Origin: Candidatus Eiseniibacteriota bacterium
GTDB lineage: Bacteria; Eisenbacteria; RBG-16-71-46; CAZAMP01
NCBI GenBank assembly: GCA_965224245.1
Contig: OZ245046.1
Span: forward strand, 4,640,001 to 4,704,000
Direction of reading: 5' to 3'
DNA: 64,000 nt
The number at the start of each line of letters is the position of its first letter. Within the stretch, counting starts at the first letter, position 1. The notes beneath the pieces are model-generated. The model was not told where the DNA came from, made no database searches, and was given only the letters and a program-made list of their open reading frames with translations. Below are positions 8,215 to 15,793 of this stretch, in pieces. Both the position numbers and the translations under genes were made by a program.

Positions 8215-9723
8215 ATGCCTTCACGATTTGCCCATCGTGACATCGACTACGAGATCGACTACCACCCGGCCTACTCGTATGCGCTCGACATGGCCGGGCT
8301 ACCGCTGATTCCGTCGATCACCGTCTCGAACCGACGCGCGCACCCGAGCCCGAGGCACGTCGTCTCGTTGTCGGTGCTCGAGCATCCGATCCGGGCCGAG
8401 GCCGTCGTCCCAGAGCTCGACGCCGGCGCGACCGCCACCACGGTGCCGCGCTTCGGCAGCAGCCTCACCGACCACCTCGAGCGCCTCGTTCAACCGATCC
8501 GCAACACCCTGGGCGTCACGATCGACGGCGCGACGGTCGCCGAGCTCCCGTTCCTGGCGCTGGATGCCTGGCGGTGGCCCCACACGCGACGGGCCCGCGC
8601 AGCGTGTGCGGCGTACGTGCTGCCGCACGAGGCCGAGGTCGCCCAGACGGTCGTGGAGGCCGGCGTGTGGCCGATGCATGCGCGCCACGATCCCACGCGC
8701 ACGAGCACGACGACGTTCACGGCGACGGCGACCGGTGATCCCGTGCGCGCGATGACGTCGCTCTATCGAGTCCTTCACACGTCGAACTCGGTCATCTACG
8801 AGATCCCGAAGGTGGAGCGCAGCCCGGAGCTCTCGGTGACGTTCCAGGTCGTGCGCGCACCCCATCTCATCCGGCCGTCGCTGTTCGCCGGACCGTCGCG
8901 CGGGAACTGCTTCGACCTCACCGCGTTCTTCGCCTCGTGCCTGGAGGCGATCGGACACACCCCTCTGATCATCTTCACCGGCGCGCTGGACCAGGCGCCG
9001 ACCCACGCGTTCCTCGGCTGCTGGACCCACGCCGAGCCCCGTCACGTCCCCGTCATCGATCGCAAGGCCGAGCTCCTGCGCGTGGTCGACGCGGGCGAGA
9101 TGGTCATCCTCGAGTGCACCGGCGTGTGTCGCGACCGCCAGTATCGGCTCGAGTTCGATGCCGCCCGCGATCGCGCGCTCGACATCCTGCGGTCGATGTC
9201 GCGCATTCACGCCATCGACGTCGCGACCTGCCGGCCACCGACCGGATCGGTGCGGCCGCTGGAGCTGGCGTTCGAGCCGGTGGTCCGTCGCGCCGTCTGG
9301 GAAGGGGAGCGCTTCCGCGAGCGCATGCGCCAGCGGGCGCTCGAGGGCACTCACCTTTTGTACGGGCTCTGCGCAGCCGGGAGCACCGAGTTCGACGAGA
9401 TCGTGACCGCACTGGGATCGAGCCCCGCGCGCGTGGCGGCGTTCATCGAGGAGTCGACACCGATCGGCGATCACACGGGCGCCCACGCGGTGACCGGCAA
9501 CTATCGCCGGGCGTTCAGCGACGCACGCGAGCGCGCGCGACTGCACGGACGCCGAACCGTCCGTGAGGCGGATCTCATCTGGGGCGTCGCGCGGAGCCAG
9601 TCCGCACGTCTGCACTACATCCTCGAGCAGTCGGGGTTCTCGATCGATGCGCTGCGGAGCGAAATGGCGCTCAGGTACCCCGAGGGCGACGAGACGGAGT
9701 CGATTCACGTTCCACGATCGTGA
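8215..9723 (+). CDS. Transglutaminase/papain-like domain protein fused to a C-terminal Clp-N (Clp repeat) domain
   Basis: GNCFDLTAFFASCLEAIGHTPLIIF...HAFLGCW...ILECT gives a Cys/His/acidic triad candidate. It resembles, from memory, the N-terminal region of DUF4011/DUF3320 helicases. C-terminus FEPVVRRAV...LEGTHLLYGL and TGNYRRAFSDARERARLHGRRTVREADLIWGV are two Clp_N-like repeats. Confidence 0.7.
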   Translation: MPSRFAHRDIDYEIDYHPAYSYALDMAGLPLIPSITVSNRRAHPSPRHVVSLSVLEHPIRAEAVVPELDAGATATTVPRFGSSLTDHLERLVQPIRNTLGVTIDGATVAELPFLALDAWRWPHTRRARAACAAYVLPHEAEVAQTVVEAGVWPMHARHDPTRTSTTTFTATATGDPVRAMTSLYRVLHTSNSVIYEIPKVERSPELSVTFQVVRAPHLIRPSLFAGPSRGNCFDLTAFFASCLEAIGHTPLIIFTGALDQAPTHAFLGCWTHAEPRHVPVIDRKAELLRVVDAGEMVILECTGVCRDRQYRLEFDAARDRALDILRSMSRIHAIDVATCRPPTGSVRPLELAFEPVVRRAVWEGERFRERMRQRALEGTHLLYGLCAAGSTEFDEIVTALGSSPARVAAFIEESTPIGDHTGAHAVTGNYRRAFSDARERARLHGRRTVREADLIWGVARSQSARLHYILEQSGFSIDALRSEMALRYPEGDETESIHVPRS

Positions 9724-9729
9724 ATCGAC

Positions 9730-12195
9730 TCACGGCGACCTCCCCAGCGTCCAGCCCGTCATCTTCCGCATGAAGTCCTGCAGATCCTCGGTGTGGCGGT
9801 TCCGGAACGTCCAGAGCTGCGTTCCGATCCACACGACTCGACCCTGAGGCTCTCCGAAGCTGCGGAACCGGGTCACCACCGGCTCCCGGTCGAGCGACGA
9901 GCCGAAGGTGGTGCCGCACACCTGGGTCACCGAGTCCGACTGCTCATACGCCCACGCGTTCGGAATGAACGTGTACAGCGTGTCCAGTCCCGCGCGCAGG
10001 AGCGGCGGGCTTCCGGTCATCGGCGTCGCGCCGACGTCGCCGAAGCGGTTCCGGGCACCCATCCATCGGTTCGTCCACAGGCCCCGGCGTTCGGGGTCGT
10101 ATCCGGTGGGATCGAACCTCCACGGCAGTCCGAGGGCGATCGCCTTCTCGGTCGGCTCCATGCCCACGATGCCGCTGCACTGCGTGCGGAGGCTCGGAGG
10201 CCCGGCGCGTCCGATGCGATCGAACTGCGTCCGCATCTGCATCACGTCCCACAGGAACGTGCCCGGGCCGAAGTTCGGTGACGGAAACTGCGGCAGCTCC
10301 GGCGTGTAGGGATCCGCCGGATAGAGATCGCCGAGGAGCGAGCCGATGGTCGTCGTTCCCCACACGACGAGTCCCCCACCCGCCCGCACGTAGAGCGAGA
10401 GGAACTTCCCCTGGGGTGCTCCGGGCTCGGGGTCGGTCACGTGGCCCAGGAGGCTGGGGTTGGGGCCCCCTGCGGCGGCGACGTTCCAGAAGAGGAGCTT
10501 GTACCGACTCAGCTCCGAGAGCGTGATCTCGCTCACGGCGTCCGACTCGGCGCACTCGCCCGCGAACACGTGCGCGTCGAAGCGATACAGGGGCTCGCCG
10601 AGCTCTCGATAGGGATCGATCGCGTACTCGAGCATGTTGCCCACGAACACGTCGTGCTCGCAGTCGCGAACCCCGGCCACCTTGTAGTCGTCCACCCACA
10701 GGGCGGTCCGATCGAAGGAGAACGCCACGACGTCCATCACGATCGTCGCGACCACCGTGTGGCTCGGGTCGTGCGTCTCGTCTCGCGCCCGGATGTACAG
10801 CACGTGCTGCTCACCGGCCTGGTCGTCGGTGAACATGATGTCGCCGACGACGCGGTCGTGGTTGCCCCATCCGATCCACCCGCCGCGTCCGTCGTCGGAC
10901 TGGCACACCTCGCACTCGGGATCCTCGATGTCGAGCGCGTAGTTGAGATCCGACACCTCCGAGCCGTAGCTCGCCGCGCTCGCCGTCCACTCGAACTTCA
11001 GCGGCACGTTCGCCGGCACCTCGACCCGCCAGGTGAGTCCCCGACTCACGAACGTGCTCGAGCCGAGGAAGGACTTCTCGGTCACGGTCAACGTCGGCGT
11101 GGATGGATACGACGGATCCGACTGGAACTTGACCACGTTCCCCTCGACTCCCGTCGTGGTGACCACGAGCTCGCGATCGGGTGAGATGGCGCCGGCCTCG
11201 TCCACGGCCCGGATGGCGAAGGCGTACTCACCCGGAGGGACGCTCCGGAGCTGGAGCTGCTCGAACGGATAGGGCTCCCCCGCCTTCGGCCACCAGTCGG
11301 TGGCGAGGTACGTGCTGTCGGTCACGGCATCGGGCTCGGACACGACCTGTTCGTTGGGGATCAAGAGGTTCTCGCGGGCGATCAGGAAGTGCGTGAAGTA
11401 GCGGATCACGAGCGCGTTGTCGTCGAACACCGAGTCGATGGGCACGAGCTTCATCTGGTAGCCGATCGGCTTGTCGTTCGGGTCGGTGCTGTCGTCGTCG
11501 CGACCTTTCCACCGCGTGGTGAGAAACGAGCCGAGCGTGGTGAATCGTTCGAGTCCCTCACCGACCGGGGTCACGAGCTGTGCGGTGGGCGCGATCGTCA
11601 CGGCGTTGAACGAGCGCGAGTCGGGTCTGGAGACGCCCCCCCGGTTGTCGATGGCCCGGATGAAGAACCGGTGCCACTCCGACGCGAGCGGTGGGCTCGT
11701 CGTCCCCGCGATCTCCTCGGCGGCCGACATCACGAACTGGCCCGAGTAGGTCTCGACGCGCTTCCAGAGAGAATCCGCCGCTTCCTGGACGGGGTCGAGT
11801 CCCAGCGCGCGGCAGCTGTCGGCGTCCTGGATGCAGACGACGTCGTCCACACTTACGAGGGCGCCGTCCCGGCCGCGGGCCCGGATCGTGCGCGTGCCCT
11901 CGCACAGACACGTGTCGTCGATCGCGTACTCGAAGTGGCTGATCGTGCCGTCGGCGTCCGACCCGAACCAGTAGAACTCGACCCGGTAGTCGGTGGTCTC
12001 TCCGTTGGCGGTGCCGCCGGTGATCCGCACCGTCGGAGGCTCGTTCGGCTTCAGCTTCGCGTCGTGTGGCTCCCACTCGCAGCCGAGCGCCACCAGCACC
12101 GCGACCGCGGCGCCGATCACGGGCCCGATCGCGACCCGGACGGTGCCCCCGGCGCTCCTTCTCCGCCCCGCCTGGGAGCTCGGGATCGGTCTCAT
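9730..12195 (-). CDS. Large lipoprotein (821 aa): Ig-like N-terminal modules plus a C-terminal alpha/beta (GATase1/ThuA-like) domain
   Basis: ATG at 12195 overlaps the stop of the upstream gene (ATGA). Lipobox-like LVALGC. NEPPTVRITGG...FYWFGSDADGTISHFEYAID and FFIRAIDNRG/FAIRAVDEAG modules. The 5' extension in the ORF track is non-coding-like. Confidence 0.75.
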   Translation of the reverse strand: MRPIPSSQAGRRRSAGGTVRVAIGPVIGAAVAVLVALGCEWEPHDAKLKPNEPPTVRITGGTANGETTDYRVEFYWFGSDADGTISHFEYAIDDTCLCEGTRTIRARGRDGALVSVDDVVCIQDADSCRALGLDPVQEAADSLWKRVETYSGQFVMSAAEEIAGTTSPPLASEWHRFFIRAIDNRGGVSRPDSRSFNAVTIAPTAQLVTPVGEGLERFTTLGSFLTTRWKGRDDDSTDPNDKPIGYQMKLVPIDSVFDDNALVIRYFTHFLIARENLLIPNEQVVSEPDAVTDSTYLATDWWPKAGEPYPFEQLQLRSVPPGEYAFAIRAVDEAGAISPDRELVVTTTGVEGNVVKFQSDPSYPSTPTLTVTEKSFLGSSTFVSRGLTWRVEVPANVPLKFEWTASAASYGSEVSDLNYALDIEDPECEVCQSDDGRGGWIGWGNHDRVVGDIMFTDDQAGEQHVLYIRARDETHDPSHTVVATIVMDVVAFSFDRTALWVDDYKVAGVRDCEHDVFVGNMLEYAIDPYRELGEPLYRFDAHVFAGECAESDAVSEITLSELSRYKLLFWNVAAAGGPNPSLLGHVTDPEPGAPQGKFLSLYVRAGGGLVVWGTTTIGSLLGDLYPADPYTPELPQFPSPNFGPGTFLWDVMQMRTQFDRIGRAGPPSLRTQCSGIVGMEPTEKAIALGLPWRFDPTGYDPERRGLWTNRWMGARNRFGDVGATPMTGSPPLLRAGLDTLYTFIPNAWAYEQSDSVTQVCGTTFGSSLDREPVVTRFRSFGEPQGRVVWIGTQLWTFRNRHTEDLQDFMRKMTGWTLGRSP

Positions 12196-13499
12196 CGGCC
12201 GCGCGACGCCACGTCGATCGCCGTGAAAGGGATCGTGACCGTCCGTCGCCGCCGTGCCATGTAGATGCCCGCGTCGCCGTCGTTCTGGCGGTCCATGATC
12301 TCGACCGTCAGCGTGTGCTCGGCCTCGTCCTCGGTCTGTGCGAAGAAGATCGGGAAGCACATCGGCGTCAGCTCGTCCGGCTCGGCCAGGGTGACGTCGT
12401 CGGTGATGAACTCGAACGGATCCAGGCTCCGGATGTCCTCGTCCACCGCCCAGCGCACGCCGTGCACGCGACCGGTGTGATCGCGGTCGCGGGCCCAGAT
12501 GATTGCGTCGATGGATCCGACCCGGTAGCCGTCCGCCTCCGGCGCGGAGAACTCCATCTCGATGACCTGACCCGGCTGCGGGATGCCTTGGTAGTCCAGG
12601 ACCGAGACGTCGGCCCGATCCCACCCTCCCCAGTAGACCGTCTGGACGGCGCACGGCACCGCCGAGGGGGCCGCGCTCTGCTCGCGGTACACCTTGTACA
12701 GGGTGTCCCGATCGCAAACCCGGAGGCTGTCGCCGAACGAGGCGGCGAGACGATCGCACTGGCGCGTCGGGATGCCGTCCTCGCGAAACACGAACACGGG
12801 ACCCCGGTCGATGTGCACGTCCAGCGTGTCGACGCCGAGCGAATCGTGGACGCCGTCGATGTTCTCCGCCGCGATGACCACGCGCCAGTCGCCCGAGAGC
12901 AACGGTCCCACGACGACGCTGGATCGGTCCTCGGTGAACGAGCACCGCCACAGTCGCGTGGAGCAGGACCCGTCGAGGCTGTTGCAGTCCATGACCATCG
13001 TGTCCAGCGCCCAGCCCAGCTCGGGCGCGTCCTCTTCGTTCACCTCGACGTCGATCTCGATCCACCACTCGGCGAACGGGTTCTCGGGGATGGCCAGCGT
13101 GTCGCGCGCGTCGATGTAGCCCTCGGGCAGACACGCGTTCGAATCGGGCACCGGCATGTTCTGGAGCGAGGGATCCCACGGGGTCACCACCGGGGAGCAG
13201 GGATCGCCGTCGTAGCTTCTGGTGGCCAGACGATAGGCCTTGATGGTGTCGGCGCCGCAGGTCGTCGCGGTCCGGCCGATCCAGAGCCACCGCTCGCGCT
13301 CCGCAGGGTCTACCGGATCGTCGGGATCATCGGGATCGTCCGGGTCGTCGGGGATCTCGTCGGGCACCGGCTCGGTGGCATCGTTGCGGTCGCACCCGGC
13401 TCCGAGCCCGAGCGAGACGAGAACCGTCCCGAGCGCGAGGGCACCGAAGAGCAGGCGCCGGCCGGGGGCGGCATCGTGTCTCATCGTCCTCATCATCAT
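12192..13499 (-). CDS. Acidic, Cys-containing lipoprotein of unknown function
   Basis: Signal peptide RRLLFGALALGTVLVSLGLGAGC followed by a PDD-repeat tether. GGGAGG SD; the true start may be 13493 or 13484. Confidence 0.75.
   Translation of the reverse strand: MMMRTMRHDAAPGRRLLFGALALGTVLVSLGLGAGCDRNDATEPVPDEIPDDPDDPDDPDDPVDPAERERWLWIGRTATTCGADTIKAYRLATRSYDGDPCSPVVTPWDPSLQNMPVPDSNACLPEGYIDARDTLAIPENPFAEWWIEIDVEVNEEDAPELGWALDTMVMDCNSLDGSCSTRLWRCSFTEDRSSVVVGPLLSGDWRVVIAAENIDGVHDSLGVDTLDVHIDRGPVFVFREDGIPTRQCDRLAASFGDSLRVCDRDTLYKVYREQSAAPSAVPCAVQTVYWGGWDRADVSVLDYQGIPQPGQVIEMEFSAPEADGYRVGSIDAIIWARDRDHTGRVHGVRWAVDEDIRSLDPFEFITDDVTLAEPDELTPMCFPIFFAQTEDEAEHTLTVEIMDRQNDGDAGIYMARRRRTVTIPFTAIDVASRGR
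13314..13365. repeat. 9-bp periodic repeat encoding a (PDD)n acidic linker
   Basis: Translation PDEIPDDPDDPDDPDDP directly after the lipobox. Confidence 0.7.
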
Positions 13500-13598
13500 C
13501 CTCCCATCAGCCCCGACCCCGGCCGCATTCTACTCCAGATACCCCGTCCGCGCCGAATCGTGCGCGGGCCCGGGGGGCCGCCCGGCGGCGCGCCCCGG

Positions 13599-15689
13599 TC
13601 AGTCGATGGGTACGATGGCCAGGTAAGCCGATCGGAACCGTCCGATGCCGTCGAAACGCCCCGCAAGCGCCAGCGCCCCGTCCACGACCGCCAGGCCGTG
13701 CACGGCTCCCCGCACGGGCACCAGCGGGCGCCACCGCCGGCCGTCCCAGGCGGCGAGGTTGCGGCTGGGCGTCTGGCCGGCGCGCTCGAACACGCCCCCC
13801 ACCAGGAGCCAGGATCCATGGGACAGGAGCGCCTTCGCGGAGTGCGGCGTCGTCCGAGCGGTGACACCGCCGCCGACGTCCGACCACGTCGATCCGTCCC
13901 AGCGGGCGATGCCGCTGGCGGGACGCCCGTCCGCGACCGCGAAGTCGCCGGCGATGAAGAGTGCCCCGCCGTGCTCGGCGATCGCGCGCACCCGACCGTC
14001 GACGCCGTGGCCGATCGGCTCCCAGGTCGCACCCGTCCAGCGCGCGATGCCGCCCGCGTCCACGCCGCCGATGATCGTGAAGCTGCCGCCGGCCACGAGA
14101 TCACCGCGGTGCGTCCCGAGTGCGATCACGCCGCCGTTCACGGCGGGCGGGCCGAGCGACGTCCACTCGGATCCGTCCCAGGCCGCTATTCCCGGCACGT
14201 CGAGCGATCCGGCGCGCGTGAAGTTGCCCGACACGATCAGTCGATCCTGGTGCTCGAGGAGCCCGATCACCGGGCCGTTCACGCCGCCCCCGAGCGACTC
14301 CCAGCTCCGGCCGTTCCACCGGGCCACGCGGTCCAGAGATCGGTGTCCGGACGATGCCCCGTGGCCCGCGCTGATGAAGAGCCCGCCGATCACCGGGCGA
14401 CCACGGAACGCCGCGACGGCGAGCACGTCGTCTCCAACGCCGTCGCCCATCGCGCGCCATCGACCGCCTTCGTAGGTCGCGACGCGGCTGCACGGGAGCG
14501 ATCCGATCGCGTCGAATCCCCCGGCGACCACGAGCGCGTCGCCGATGACCGATGCCGCATAGACGCGCGCGTTCGGACCGGATGCCGTGCCGTAGGACGC
14601 GGCACGCGCACCGCCGACGCGTGCGATCCCCGCCGCGTCGAACACGAGGGCATCAGCGGTGCCGGCCGCCACCTCGACACGATCGAACTCGCCGACGGCG
14701 ATCCAGGCGTCCCCGTCGGGGATCAGATCTTGGACCGGCCCGTTCGGCGCCGTGGAGAGGGGAGCCCATCGCGATCCGGTCCACTCGGCGAGGTGAGGCG
14801 TGGACTCGGCTCCGCTGGCCAGGAACCGACCCCCGGCCACCAGCCGATCGCCGGACGCCCGCAGCGCGAGAACGTCGTGGTCGAACCCGTCGCCCAGCGC
14901 CGTCCAGCGCGTGCCGTCGTGCCGCGCGACGTGCCGAAGCGGGGTCCCGTCGGATGCGCGCACGAACGCCCCCCCGACGACGAGATGGCCGGCGTGCCGG
15001 GTCATCGTCAGCACCGGGGCATCGAGCGCGGGCTCGAACGCGCGCCAGCGGATGCCGTCGTGGCGCGCGAGGAAGCACGGCTCTCCATCCACGGTGAGGT
15101 GGCCACCGGCCAGCAAGCCGCCGTCGGGCGACGTGCCGAGCACGATCACGCGTCCCGCCAGCGATGCGTCGAAGGGCTCCCAGCCCGAGTCGTTCCAGCG
15201 TGCGATCCGTCCCAGCCCGTCGAACGAGCCGGCGGCGACGAGCGTCTCGCCGTACGTCGTGAGTGCGGTGACCGCGCCGGGCAGACCCTCGCCGACCGCA
15301 CTCCAGGCTTCTCCGTCCCAGCGCGCGACGTTCCGGGTACGAGCGCCGCCGGCGGCGCCGAAGAGACCCCCCAGGATGAGGTCGCCGCCCGATCGCGTGG
15401 CCGACGTGATCGGACCGTCCACGCCCCCGCCCAGGGGACTCCACCGTTCGCCGTCCCAGCGCGCGACGTGATCGACCCGCGTCGGCCCGGCCCACGAGAA
15501 CACGCCGAACACCACGAAGCCCTCACCGTCGGGCTGGATGCCGCTGGCCGGGGCCGACACCCCGGGTGGGGCGAACAGCACCGCGTGGCTCTCGTCCGCC
15601 GCCGCCGACAGGCCGGCGATCGATGCGAGCAACATCGTGGATGCGACCGTGGCGATCGCACGCCGGGTGATGATGATCGGGTCGTGCAT
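13599..15689 (-). CDS. Secreted beta-propeller protein with about 12 ARWDGxxW repeats (Rax2/kelch-like)
   Basis: Repeated GG.F..AG...A..VARWDG..WS.LG.G.DG.V.AL units. Signal peptide from ATG 15689. Confidence 0.85.
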   Translation of the reverse strand: MHDPIIITRRAIATVASTMLLASIAGLSAAADESHAVLFAPPGVSAPASGIQPDGEGFVVFGVFSWAGPTRVDHVARWDGERWSPLGGGVDGPITSATRSGGDLILGGLFGAAGGARTRNVARWDGEAWSAVGEGLPGAVTALTTYGETLVAAGSFDGLGRIARWNDSGWEPFDASLAGRVIVLGTSPDGGLLAGGHLTVDGEPCFLARHDGIRWRAFEPALDAPVLTMTRHAGHLVVGGAFVRASDGTPLRHVARHDGTRWTALGDGFDHDVLALRASGDRLVAGGRFLASGAESTPHLAEWTGSRWAPLSTAPNGPVQDLIPDGDAWIAVGEFDRVEVAAGTADALVFDAAGIARVGGARAASYGTASGPNARVYAASVIGDALVVAGGFDAIGSLPCSRVATYEGGRWRAMGDGVGDDVLAVAAFRGRPVIGGLFISAGHGASSGHRSLDRVARWNGRSWESLGGGVNGPVIGLLEHQDRLIVSGNFTRAGSLDVPGIAAWDGSEWTSLGPPAVNGGVIALGTHRGDLVAGGSFTIIGGVDAGGIARWTGATWEPIGHGVDGRVRAIAEHGGALFIAGDFAVADGRPASGIARWDGSTWSDVGGGVTARTTPHSAKALLSHGSWLLVGGVFERAGQTPSRNLAAWDGRRWRPLVPVRGAVHGLAVVDGALALAGRFDGIGRFRSAYLAIVPID

Positions 15690-15793
15690 GCCGTGACGGT
15701 AGCGGCAGGCTCGGCGTGTGGCAACGGCGCGCATCGGGCGGCGCCCGACGCTCGGCTGCGCTCGCGGCGCCTTACCCGTATCATGCCGGCACG

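Noticed and set aside
12196-13290. N-terminal 365 aa of the 1186-aa ORF as part of one giant protein
   Set aside because: It overlaps the 12192..13499 lipoprotein in another frame and is low-complexity. A signal peptide and ATGA coupling place the real start at 12195.
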